Source: Asterias rubens (taxonomy: Eukaryota). From it: a stretch of 64,000 nt of DNA. Below are positions 53,101 to 63,763 of the stretch, piece by piece (position 1 is the first letter of the stretch; every line of letters starts with the position of its first letter). The stretch spans positions 15,252,001 through 15,316,000 of the forward strand of contig NC_047062.1 of the NCBI RefSeq assembly GCF_902459465.1. The letters are read 5' to 3'. The notes beneath the pieces are model-generated. The model made no database searches. It worked only from the letters and a program-made list of their open reading frames with translations, and had not been told where the DNA came from. Both the position numbers and the translations under genes were made by a program.

Positions 53101-56100
53101 TTGCAGGCCCGCCCAGCACCGCCCACCGTGGCTACAACACTGCCTCAGATACATTGACGTATTTGCCTATTTACCTTTCCTCTTCCCCTTCTCTTACGAG
53201 ATGACACCTCAAAGTCTTCATCGCTTTCTGAGTCGGCCCTCTCGATCTCTCCTGCATCAGGGATGTCATCCACTGCCTCCATCTCTCTGAATAACTCCTC
53301 TTGGTCTTTATCCACCAAGTTTGTTGATGTCTCTGGATGATTGGAATCAGTCTCAGTGAAACCTGATATTTCCTGAATTGTGTCTATTCCATCTGAGGTG
53401 ATAAGGAGACATTGCGTTCACAATAACAAAGGAACATGCGGTTTGTCACATGAAATTTATTTCAATTACATCTGATAATTATCATGGAAGTAATTTGATG
53501 TATACAGAGTTTTAACCAATAACACTTAAAAGCCACCAGGGCCCAAGTTCATAAAGCCGTTTAGCAGAAAACACTGTTAACCTGTTTTTGCCAAGCATTT
53601 ATTTTCTCGACATAGCAAGTTTTTGTGCTTACAGGCTTTATGATGCCTTCAGGAATCCATCAGAAGCCTACAACTTCTCAACACTGGTTAACACCACCAA
53701 TACCAGATGGCATTGATACATACATATGTACGTTATGCTACGAAATGAAGTGTGGACAAGACTGAATCTATGAAAATCAAGTACAGAACTTTGAGGCACT
53801 GCAAAAAAAAAAAATTCTTTTGTGTTGATTTAGAGCAATGTCAAACCCGTTATTCTTGTTGATACTTAAAGGCATAAAACTATTTCAAAGTTTTAAGGTT
53901 TGGGTGTTGGCAGACAATACTATGACATCCAATGAAGAGCGGACGGTTCTCAGCCATGGGTGTCTTGAGGGTTTCAGGTAGAAATGGCAGACTAAAAACT
54001 GCATGATTTATGATGATGATTTAAATTAAAAGGCACTGGAGACCCTATTGGTAATTACTCAAAATAAATGTTAGCATGAAAACTTACTCGATAACGAGCA
54101 ACATTGTGAGAAATGGCTTCCTCTGAAGTATTGTAGTTTTTCAGAAAGAGGTAATTTCTCACTCAAATATTAAAGTCTTCAAGCCTGAAGCCTGTTATTA
54201 GGCATCTGAGAGCACACCAATTTGTTCAACAGGGGTGTTTTTTCTTTCACTATTCTCTTGAAACTTCGATGACCAATTGAGTAAAAAATTTTACAGATTT
54301 ATTATTTTATGCATGTTTGGATACATCAAGTGAAAACACTGGTCGTTGACAATTATCAACGGTTTCCAGTGCCTTTAAAGACAGTGGACACTATTGGTAA
54401 TTGTCAAATACTAGCCTTCACAGTTGGTGTATCTCAACATAAGCATAAAATAACTAACCTGTGAAAATTTGAGCTCAATCGGTTATCGAACTTGCGAGAT
54501 AATAATGAAGGGAAAAAAACACCCTTGTCACACGAAATTGTGTGCGTTTAGATGGTTGATTTCGAGACCTCAAGTTCTAAATCTGAGGTCTCGAAATCAA
54601 ATTCGTGGAAAATTACGTCTTTCTCTAAAACTATGGCACTTCAGAGGGAGCCGTTTCTCACAATGTTTTATACCATCAACCTCTCCCCATTACTCGTCAC
54701 CAAGTAAGGTTTTATGCCAATAATTATTTTGAGTAATTACCAATAGTGTCCAGTGCCTTTAAGATGAACTGATAAAAATCTTACCATTAGAAGATTCACC
54801 TTGTTGAAGTTGAGCATACAAGTTGCTGGAGTCGACCAGCGGTGCATGCTGGGGTTTGCGTTTCTTACGCCATCGCCGTGATGGGTATGTGTATAACTGA
54901 CCCTCCTCTAAGCCTGGCCCTCGATGGCGTTTCTGCATCCAAATGAAACAATTGTTCTGAGCGACGCCTGTCTGTGAGTCCAAGAAGGGAAGACGCATTC
55001 TTCTCTCAGCCACGAGGCGTGTGTTGAAGTGCGCTGCATTCTCCAATGCCTCACGGTAGAACTGCTCATAATCTCTGATGTTTATATAAAAAGCAAGTTA
55101 AAGAAATGGTTGTTAAGACATTTTAGCTCAGAAACTTTAGTATCCAACTTGAGTATAAATTGGGGGAAAAAGGTAGTGGCAAGAACAGAATCTTGCTTGA
55201 ACAAAAAAATACAAAATAAATCATTCTACCTACCAAACCGAGCTTAAAGCATCACATTTGGATTGTACGAAAATATGGAATTGAAACTTTTAGAAAATTA
55301 TCATTTACATTTCATATGCCAGGCCAGACACCAATAAAATTAGAAATTGGTTTATTCATTTTATTGCCACATTTTAAGAAAATTAAAAAAAAAGTTGTTA
55401 AATTTTGTATAAAAAAATGATTCTTGAACACTCAAAATTCTAAGAATAGATGAATGAAAGAAAAAAATCACAACCTCACACAGTTTTAATGTACAATCCA
55501 TTCTTAAAATTTGTTTTGTTGCTGTATTTCTATTTATATGGTATTTTTCTCCGCCCTTTTTTCTATATTATAATAATTATTAATTGAATATTTGTAATAT
55601 TTTTTACCGTCTATAAAAATCAACTTGGTCCCAGTCAACTCAGTCCCAAGTCAACTCGGTCCCAGCGTGTATTTTCAGCACTGTAGCACTGCAACATTTT
55701 AACACCCCTTTTACAGAATGGTTTAGCCCAACAACAAAATAATGTGTTTGCAAAGCGATGCGACAGGTTCAAAATATGAACCTGGGATTTCGCTCCGGGA
55801 TCTGGTAAGTTTTTGTCCATTTTTCTTTGAAATATTTCCTAAATGGTGTTTTGAGTATTATGGCAGGCTGCATTAGACATTGCGGATTAAGTTCGTACCC
55901 TCAGAATTTGTGTCATGATTTTTGAAAGTGGTAAAAATGGGGCAAATCTGGTGACTAGCTGTCGAAATTGTATCCTCTGCTTACCAGTTTTTACGCTATT
56001 ATGCCTTTTTCTTTGAATTGGGAAAAAAATAATGATGCCATATATCAACCAATGCCCTAATTATCTTCATTTGTTAATATGAAGTATGCAAACATTATTA

Positions 56101-57543
56101 AAACTTGATGGACATTGAAATGTTCACACCACACATCGATCTTCAATGACTTCAACTGGCCCCATTTGTTTCGAGTTTTTCCTGTTTTCACCGCAAACGA
56201 GAAAGTATGGTTTCCCGGTGAAGCCATACATGGAAGAAACATCTGCAGTGACTACAAGTGTTCTTTGAGACTCTATGTATGACTGTATAGCCAGCAGTTG
56301 CCTTCATTTTATTCAAAATATTTTGTTATTACATTTTTTAAATTACCATGGTAAAAATTTAAAACATAAAAAAATATATAAAAAGTGTGAATAATTACTG
56401 GCTTCCAAATCTGATTTTTATAAATTTTTTTTAGATGTTTTTTTCTTAATATTTATAATAAAGCGTATAAATAAACAGTGATAATTGAATCAACGAGCTG
56501 ATGTTTAAATTTTAATATTAATAATAGTATTGATACCAGGGTTACAAAATGAAAATCTCCAAAAATATTAGAAAATGATATAAGGCACATGGCTTCTTTA
56601 AGCCTCGGTCTTTTTTTTCAAGAATGCTCAGCAAAACATTCAGTCACATGATTTTGATCATCATGAATTGTGAATTGAAATAGCGTTTGATGAAACTTTT
56701 TCGGTGGGCAAATATTTTTATATGGCCTCAACATTACGACATATTTTTGTACCTTGTAGAAATGCCTAAAATACCAAACTTTTTGCAATTACAAGTGCAA
56801 ATGACTAGTGGAGCCTTACGTGTTTCTAAGTTTTGGTCAAGGGAGAGGAGACTCTTTGCTTGGCAAATAAAACCACACAATTTTTATCTAGGGACTGTTT
56901 ACATCGCGCACAGAGAGGTAAAAGATTTGCCACGATTTTAGGGACACCTCGAAAACAGGACCTCCTACGATACGTGTTGGACCAGATCAACCGTTTCCGC
57001 TCGAAACAAACTTGTAACCCTCCGGCCTGGCGGCCGTCGGGAGGAGGGTTACGTTATCGCAACTATTAGGCCTAATAATTAAAAACAAAATAAAAACATT
57101 AAGGTTGGTTGAAAACAAAAAGTAAGTAAACTTACACGTACATTATATTATTAATAATATTATCACATAATAATAAACAATAAACACAGTTTACTACAGT
57201 CTACAGTACCAATAAAATACTTTTAAAAACACTATAATTAAGTATTAAGGTTGGTCGCCGCAGGACCGAGTTGACTTTGGTAGGTCTTTGGACCCGAGTT
57301 GACTCGGGACCGAGTTGGTCATGGGTTTTTGTTCAGTCAAAATCGTGAGTCGCACAAAAAATAAATACAAAAATATAGAAATGTTAATTTCCACAACGAG
57401 AGCCCTACCCCTTTTCCAAATTCACCGTCATTTACCGTAATGCAAATACAAAACCCAGTACAATTCAACAATTTATATTAGAAAAAATTTTGGGAAATAT
57501 AAGAGGACGATATTTACCCATTTTTCCGTGTAAGCGACGTCAT
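38116..57543 (-). CDS. DPF2: d4/Requiem (DPF1/2/3 family) zinc finger and double-PHD BAF subunit, about 392 aa, 9 exons
   Basis: Exons 57543-57518 (least certain), 55074-54785, 53392-53175, 52224-52131, 50217-50095, 41816-41688, 40251-40139, 38818-38737, 38219-38116. Phases consistent, 1179 nt. Requiem N-domain [29 protein letters not shown]2H2 finger [25 protein letters not shown]1 [10 protein letters not shown]...[18 protein letters not shown]2 [12 protein letters not shown]...[16 protein letters not shown]...GSWICNLC. Likely co-orthologous to vertebrate DPF1/2/3, so the symbol is approximate. Confidence 0.93.
38485..38657. mobile_element. MITE with ATTTCAC(C)AA / TTGTGAAAT subterminal repeats
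   Basis: Inverted ends. A related TAGGA-rich body lies at about 31116-31215. Confidence 0.6.
39502..39879. mobile_element. TTAA-flanked MITE family C (AGTCACCTGGAA TIR), short form
   Basis: TTAA|AGTCACCTGGAA...TTCCAGGTGACT|TTAA. Confidence 0.85.
40311..40475. mobile_element. CAGG-ended MITE with 6-bp TSD
   Basis: CAGGCATGA...TCATGCCTG flanked by TTTTTA on both sides. Confidence 0.75.
40886..41248. mobile_element. TTAA-flanked MITE family A
   Basis: TIRs, TTAA flanks and shared body. Confidence 0.85.
43087..43320 (-). mobile_element. tRNA-derived SINE
   Basis: Minus strand TAGTCTAGTTGGTAAGACA...GGTTCGAATCCC (A and B boxes) plus a shared 3' body. Other partial copies at about 33140-33307, 24598-24625 and 22627-22745 (plus). 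Confidence 0.75.
44033..44202. mobile_element. Small MITE (AGGGC termini, PIF/Harbinger-like)
   Basis: TIR GCAGCGATAACGAAAA / TTTTCGTTATCGCTGC. Confidence 0.65.
45422..45675. repeat. Local tandem duplication of about 135-140 bp
   Basis: CTAGCTAGACCAGCATGCACCCC...GAAGAACACTCCAT...CCAAAGC present twice. Confidence 0.85.
46094..46167. repeat. Perfect 14-bp minisatellite (GTAGTTATTAACAC) x5
   Basis: Directly visible tandem array. Confidence 0.95.
47081..47393. mobile_element. TTAA-flanked MITE family A (internally deleted)
   Basis: TIRs and shared body, shorter than the other copies. Confidence 0.8.
47616..48369. mobile_element. TTAA-flanked MITE family C, long form with internal inverted repeats
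   Basis: Same TIRs as 39502-39879. The segment 47781-47870 is inverted relative to 47910-47960 and 48185-48215. Confidence 0.85.
48989..49338. mobile_element. TTAA-flanked foldback-like MITE family D
   Basis: TTAA flanks and long internal inverted symmetry (AAATGAGTAAAACAATGTCATGAAAATA / TATTTTCATGACATTGTTTTACTCATTT). Confidence 0.75.
50441..50619. mobile_element. ATAGACC-type MITE
   Basis: TIR ATAGACCTTTATCATGGTGCAGCCATCTTG / CAAGATGGAGGCAGCATAATAAAGGTTTAT. Related termini at 19808-19912 and 45339-45494. Confidence 0.7.
52500..52865. mobile_element. Penelope-like repeat with an inverted pair of hammerhead-like motifs
   Basis: Minus 52790-52741 reads GTCTC-CTGACGA-T-GACTAGAGCAAGTTGTC-GAAAC-TTT-GAGAAC. 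Plus 52819-52862 reads GTCTC-CTGGTGA-T-GACTAG-AGCAAA-CTAGTC-GAAAAG. The body (GGACAGTTCTTTTCAGAACTGAGAAGTCTCCC) recurs at about 34620-34770, with a related piece at about 43325-43400. Confidence 0.55.
54031..54758. mobile_element. Two adjacent family A MITEs sharing one TTAA
   Basis: 54031-54374 and 54379-54758 joined by CCT|TTAA|AGAC. Confidence 0.85.
55621..57323. mobile_element. Degenerate Mutator/foldback-like element in DPF intron 1
   Basis: Inverted arrays of AGTCAACTCGGTCC (55621-55665) and GGACCGAGTTGACT (57260-57320). The left outer terminus is eroded and no TSD was found. Confidence 0.6.
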
Positions 57544-57843
57544 GTTCAACGCTGGATTTCTTTTGTCCAACTTATAATATTAGGGTAGTCGGGTAATTTG
57601 ACGTACTTAATCGTGTACATTTGATGGGGCAAAACTATTGTATGTACAACATGTGAGACGACAGGATCTCGGACAAGTACTGCGCATGCGCTCACGTAAT
57701 TTGTTTTTAAAATTTCACCGCCGAACTGTTTAGTGTTGGTGACGCTGGTTAGCTCACAGCTACTGAGAATTTACCTCAAATAAATGGTGGTTAAATAAGT
57801 TGTATTTTTAATCTTGTGTGAGATTGGTGGAAAGAGAGCAATC
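57544..57843. promoter_or_regulatory. Bidirectional promoter between DPF and BUB1
   Basis: Only 300 nt between the inferred divergent ATGs. NRF1-type motif TGCGCATGCGC at 57681-57691. Locally CpG-rich. Confidence 0.65.
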
Positions 57844-60800
57844 ATGAATGCTTCAGACGAATGGGAGCTCAGTAAAGAGAATGTTCAGCCTCTTAAACAT
57901 GGACGAAAAGTTGCAAGTTTGACGGCGGCTTTACAGCCACATAACGTTGACCAACATCAACAACTCATTCTCCAACGACAGTAAGTATGGTAAAACCATG
58001 GAGGTAGAATTACCGGTGCAACCGCGCCTGTGGTAAAAAGTATTGCCCTGGTACGGATTTGCCAGGGGGGGGGGGGGATTTGAATGTAAGAGAAGAGATA
58101 CGCAGTTTTTGATTGGAAGGGCTTGATGTAATTATTTGATTTATTTCTTGAATTGAAAACAAAAAAAAGTTTTCGTTGTTATTTTATAATTTTGAATTCA
58201 CAAACAGTCATCACTTCTTTCCTATAAAATTTTTTTTCTAAAGAAGTGTCCTGAACTGAGAAAGTGTCTTTGTTATTTTTCACTTTTGCATATTTTATAA
58301 ACAAGTTCCACTGGTAGTTTGAATAAATTTATGCGAGTGCTAACTTCTATAAAAATATAGACATTGGTTTAATAATTAAAGTTTAATTTTAAACAATTTA
58401 TTTGTCAAATTATTTTAGATTTCTAAGAATAGATCATAGATGAATGGAAGAAATAACATCCTCATATAGTTACAGTTTATGGGTGTCAGGACACTTCGTA
58501 CCTTTGCCACTTCGTACCCTGGACACTTTGTACCTTTTCAAGGTACGAAGTGACTTTGGACACTTCGTACCTTCGTTCTAATTCGGGATTTCTGCATCGT
58601 TTATGATTGTTTTGTGCTTTGTGATCGGATTATTAGGGAATAAGCAAATCAAACCAACTGTTACTATTTTGTTGGGACCAAGGAGCCATTTCGACGATTG
58701 CGTGATTGTTTGACTTTAAAATATTTGTAAAAAATATTGGCGGAAGATGTTTCCTTGGCGGTAACTAGTTTCACATTAAAAATGACATTCACATATTCAA
58801 ACAAAAATTATAATTCATTATGTTTTATTAATTTGTATCTCAACAAACATTAAATTATTGAGGAATACACATTTTAATGAAGGTACGAAGTGACTCAGCT
58901 GATGGTCACTTCGTACCCCGCCAACGGTACGAAGTGACCAATTTGGTTACGGTACGAAGTGTCCCGAAGTGTCCAGGGTACGAAGTGGCAAAGGTACGAA
59001 GTGTCCGACATCCCAGTTTATGTATTATACAATTGTAAACACTCACATCCATCGTCAACTACCAATCTTGCCAATCTCTTTACCAGGTCGATGGAAGCAG
59101 CACTACGGAGTTACACTGGGGACGATCCACTCGACCCTTGGGATCAGTACATCAAGTGGACCGAGCAAGCCTACCCTAGCGGTGGCAAGGAGAGCAACTT
59201 GCAGGTGCTTCTAGAGAAATGTGTAGCTGCCTTCAAGAATGAGCAGCGCTACAAGAACGACGTTAGATATGTCGGCTGCTGGATTAAACTGGTATGTTTC
59301 AGGCCTGGAATCTCACCTTTGAACATAAGTAAGATTTGAAACTTTGCATGGTGGGATTACGATATGGACAAGTTTGCGGTAACACCATGTAATGATAATC
59401 TCTAGTGAGTTGGGGTGGTTTTGAAAAGGAGTTAAAACCAATGGTTTACTTCAGAACCACCCCAACTTATTGAGAGATAATCATTACATGTTAAAAGGGC
59501 AAGACCATGGTGCTCAATACAGGTGTTTGGTGTTTCAGATCTTTCCAACCCAATTTGAAAAGATTGCATTAAAGTTCAACCTTATTGTTTACCATGTTGC
59601 TTAATAATAATTGTCTCAATGCTTTTTTTTTCCTTGTACTCTAGGCAAACAGTTTTCTTGACAACCCGTTGGAGGTGTTTCAGTTTATGAGAGACCAGTC
59701 TATCGGCACTGTACTGAGCGTTTTCTATGAGGCGTGGTCTTGGGAGCTGGAACAGCATGGAAATACAAAGAAAGCTGATGCAGTGTACCGGGAAGGGTTA
59801 GCTTGTAACGCTGTGCCGAGGAATGCCCTAGAGACAGCTCACAGGTAGGGATCAACCAAACCCTCATCAGTAAGGGTCTCTGTCGGAAGTTGAGGATGTT
59901 CAAAATTCAAGTCTGGTGGCCAATTGCTCAGCTCATTACAGGCCTGTGTGCTTCCTTTTTGAAAAGGAATGGCACCAGGGCATTTTCTCCTTGGTAAAGG
60001 GCACCCTATGAGGAAATTGTAAATTTTTACTTGAGCCTTTCAAGGGCACCAAGGCAATGACCGAGGGGCATCGAGGCAATCGCCTTCGTTGACTCCTTGA
60101 AGTATCAGGCCTGTCATTATACTCGGAGTTCTCCCTTAACAGTGGTCCGCTGGACAAATAGCAGTAAAACACAAGCGGACCGTGATCAAACTACTGTTCC
60201 TGCCCAAGCTCTGTACATGTAGTGCTTTGTTGTTGCTTTACACTACAGTACATGTAAAACATATTCATTCTTTACTGCTTGGCAACTAACCCAAACAAAC
60301 TATAATGTTGGAAAGAGTACATAATCCCTTATTGCAATGTTTCTCGTCTCATAACAAAAACTCAATGCTTTATTATCTTGATTTTGCCAGGGATTTTCAG
60401 TCTCGTGTCGCTAGGGCAGCCATGAATGAGATTCAAGAAGGGATAAATGCGCCGCCCTCAAAGCCAGAAGATCAACGGGATCACTTGGGTGACCTCAGGG
60501 CCAAAGGTCGGCTGCAAAAGGTCAGCAGTCGGAGAATTGGGTCAGCCAAACAAGGTAAAGTATAGTCAGCATGCAGAAGTAATGATAACATGATAATATT
60601 TTAAGTTGGAGGGGGGGGGGGCAGGGGTATGGAGTCAGTGCTTTAAGGAACATTTCAGATGTAATTCAGAGGTGTAAAATTGTAAGCAATACTTTGTTCA
60701 GTTTGTTGATGGTTTTTGTAGAAAAAAAGAGCTGAATTTGGTTGAGGTAGCTTACTTTTATAATGCAGGAAGTTAAACTTACTTCAAAGATCAGGTGATT

Positions 60801-63004
60801 GATTGAAAAATCCGAACCGAATATCTGGTTCAGGTAAATCTCATGACCTAATTTGTTTCAAAAATGGTTTTTAAGAAGTCAAATTTGATTGTTTATTGTA
60901 TAGGAATAGTTCTGCCCTACTCCTGGAAGACCTTTATAGTCGTGCTTGTGTCTATTTTGTATTATTATTTCATTGTGATTTGAAAGAAAATACATTTGGA
61001 ATGTTTTAACTCATGAAATTTATTTTTGCCTTTTCATCTTTCACAGCCAGCAGAGGAGGTCTCGGTACAGTATTGCCGACCCCACAAGTTGGACAATCCT
61101 TTTCGTTGTTCTGTGATGATGAGAACTCGAGGGGTGGGGCATCTGGTGGTGGCCACGCCTCCCTGCCACCCCCCACAGGGGAGTGGGAACATATACCCGT
61201 ACGACAGGAGGCTCAGAAGGAGAACCTCAAAGGACCTGTACCCTGGGCTGGTCAGAAAGTACGTGACGATCAATAATTTGATTTGATTTGAAATGGTTTA
61301 TTCATTGCGATAAAATGACATTTGCAACTGAGTTTTAAAGAGTTTAAAAAATACAGCCGAATGAAAAAAACTAATTATAGATCACAACTACAGAGAAAAC
61401 CATAATATAACGGTTAAATAAAAATAAAACAAATACCTAAATACCAACAAAATTTCTGAAAGTACTTTCAATCTCAGTTTGAATTGCCAAAAATGCAAAA
61501 TGATCCCTTATGACCAAGCAAGTAGTTCCCCTTTATTTATGTTTGCAGTAATTTTTTTAATGACTTAGCGATTAGATAGCGAGTACAATTCACGCTACAT
61601 TTATGTCATACACAAGTAGGTTTTCTAAAACAACTTGAGATAGAAAGACAGTATCTATTCTGTGATGTGATGATGTGTACATTTCTTTGGGTTATAGATT
61701 CGTCAGTCACGTAGTGCTGGAATTGCCATCAGCGGCGCTGCAACATTTGCTCGACCCTCCTTTACGGTCCATGAGGATGAGTCGGCCCCAGATATCGTGT
61801 AAGTGAAAATAACAATATCAAAATACTGGCTGAATGATATTTAATTTATTTATTTGAATTTACTAAAAAATCATAATAATTATAGTCGGTTTCTATATAG
61901 AGCTTTATAAACCCGAAGGGCGTCTCAAAGTGCTTTCAACATTAGTACCCCTGGTCACTGGGCCGTATTCATTTCTTAAACCATCTCAGCTCCCTGGGGA
62001 GTACCGGTATACAGCCTGTGCGGCCAAATATGTAGTGCACTGAGCTAAATCAATCACAAGAACCATCTCTGCCCTCACAAATGTAAGGTTTTCGTGTTGG
62101 GATGATCATGATGAAAATAAATTGAAATAATTTTTTTTGTTATGTGCGGTTTCTTGCCTCTTAATGGGCTATATTTTTATATTTCTCTAATATAAATGTC
62201 TTTTTTTTTATTGATCAAGATGAATATATAAACAAAAATCTGACACTTTTGTTTTGTTTGTGAACTTTGCTTTCCTTGCAATATGTTTTTTTTCTTTTCT
62301 TAAAACAGCTGTGTCTCCATAACGGGTCATTTTCAGATTATGACGTAACTTATTTTTCAAAAGGTCATTTTTTGAACCAAAAAATTACTGGGTGTGTAAC
62401 AACTTGTGGTATGCTCTTTTTAAACATGTATAAAACTCGAAACAGGTAACTGCCCACCTGTGACTCAATTTCACAGAGCCTATCACAAATGCATTTGTTT
62501 TGGCCTGAATTCTTATGGGATTTGATAACAACCCAGATTCTTGATAAAGCTGTGATTTGTTTTCATCATAGGACCCCAAGGAAAATGCCACAGATAGGCA
62601 GTCAAGTGCTTAATGCTCGCAAACCAGAGAAGCCCTCCAATCTGCTGGAAAACATTGCTCGGGTAAGTCCTTATTCCATACCTGGAGACTTCATGAATGC
62701 TCAGGCCAGTACGCTTCGTTTTTGAAAGGGAAAGGACTCCAAGGCTTGTTCTCCTTGGTAAACATGGTAAAAGGCACCATATAAAGAATTTGTAAATTTC
62801 TACTAGAGCATTTCAAGGGCACCAATGCAATGACCAGGGAGCATGGAGGCAATCACCTGTATTGCCTCTGTAAAGCATCAAGCCTGAATGCTCGTTGAAA
62901 GCAGCTGGCCCCATGCCCTGGTTTTGAAGTTAGTGCCTAATCTTCTCTCTATTAAGAAACTATTCCTAAGAGAGAAACTATTCCCTATTTTAGATGTGTC
63001 CTTT

Positions 63005-63043
<39 letters not shown>

Positions 63044-63763
63044 GTTTTCCATCTTATTCAATCTTAAAACCCTGTCTCTAAACAGCAACCCGTTGCAGAT
63101 GATAAGACAAGAGCCATGTACTGTAAGCATCTTATCTATAGCGGTGCTCAGGAGATGTCTCTAGAGGAGCTTAGAGCTATCAGGTACAACGCCAGAAAGG
63201 AAGCCAAAAGAATAGAAGGTAGGTAGCAATTGCAAGTCTGTGAATATATTTCTTTTCGCCATTGACATCAAAGTCCTATATAATCATTAACATTAACATT
63301 TATATTTTCAACCACAAATGTCTTCAAATATTCATGGAGCTGTTTAGGCAGAACATTTGCTCCTAATTGATATGATTGATTTTTTTAACATGGGCGAGAA
63401 ATGTCTGACTTTTATCTTAATTCGTTTTTTTTTTTGTCCAGCTTTTATTTTCTTTGCTAGAGAAATCCTGCTCTTTGAACTACCTCTTAGTGCTGATGAT
63501 GCACATTCTCTGAAGCCTCTATTCATATCTATAGGTGTAATTTTCATTATTTCAACATACCTCCTAATATTTTGATCCTATTTTCAGACTTTTTTGTCAG
63601 CAATGACTCTCATCCCTTTTGTAATGTTTAAAATCTTGATTCAAATGAAAAGTAAATTTTTTTTTGTAGAGCTACGTCTTGGTTTGCAGAGGCAGAAAGA
63701 CGAGTATGCAGCCCTCATGAGACAAAAGCAGGAGGCACTTGAAAGACAAATGGAACAACAACG
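57844..63763 (+). CDS. BUB1: Mitotic checkpoint protein BUB1/BUBR1 (MadBub), 5' part; the gene continues beyond the window
   Basis: Exons 57844-57980, 59087-59291, 59645-59844, 60391-60554, 61047-61258, 61698-61798, 62572-62662, 63086-63218, 63670-63763. All GT-AG and in phase. KEN1 EWELSKENVQPL, TPR domain YTGDDPLDPWDQYIKW...YKNDVRY...FYEAWSWELE, ABBA-KEN-ABBA cassette (FSLFCDD, QKENL, FTVHEDE), GLEBS MYCKHLIYSGAQEMSLEELRA. Kinase domain not in the window, so BUB1 versus BUB1B cannot be settled. Confidence 0.92.
58482..59013. mobile_element. Mutator/foldback-like non-autonomous element with 9-bp TSD
   Basis: TIRs GGTGTCAGGACACTTCGTACC / GGTACGAAGTGTCCGACATCC, repeated ACTTCGTACC modules at both ends, flanked by CAGTTTATG at 58473-58481 and 59014-59022. 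Confidence 0.85.
59939..60113. mobile_element. CAGGCCT-family MITE
   Basis: CAGGCCTG...CAGGCCTG termini, TSD TCATTA/TCATTA. Confidence 0.8.
61880..62075 (-). mobile_element. SINE body/3' end
   Basis: Shares GCGCTATATAAGAA-like 3' tail and body with about 30270-30350, 31215-31400, 37360-37540 and 25720-25850. The GTGTCCTTAAGCAAGACACTTAACC-type domain occurs at about 1560-1590, 23783-23810 and 28895-28912. Confidence 0.55.
62702..62886. mobile_element. CAGGCCT-family MITE
   Basis: TSD AATGCT/AATGCT. Body matches 59939-60113. A truncated copy lies at about 26091-26211 and another at about 45960-46085. Confidence 0.8.
63011..63039. repeat. (CT)n microsatellite in the polypyrimidine region of a BUB1 intron
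   Basis: Directly visible. Confidence 0.95.

Noticed and set aside
17567-54723. Recurring short ORFs with similar peptides (17567, 17593, 29816, 41045, 54469; also 39545, 47862, 48061)
   Set aside because: They coincide with MITE copies. The similarity reflects the repeat family, not a gene family.
58487-59005. CRISPR-like short repeats (GGTACGAAGTG / CACTTCGTACC)
   Set aside because: The repeats are inverted between the two ends and irregularly spaced, with no unique 30-40-nt spacers or cas genes. They are bounded by TIRs and a 9-bp TSD, so this is a transposon.
58959-59086. N-terminal extension of the ORF-track BUB1 segment
   Set aside because: It derives from the Mutator-like TIR and intron. 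The real exon starts at the AG acceptor at 59085-59086.
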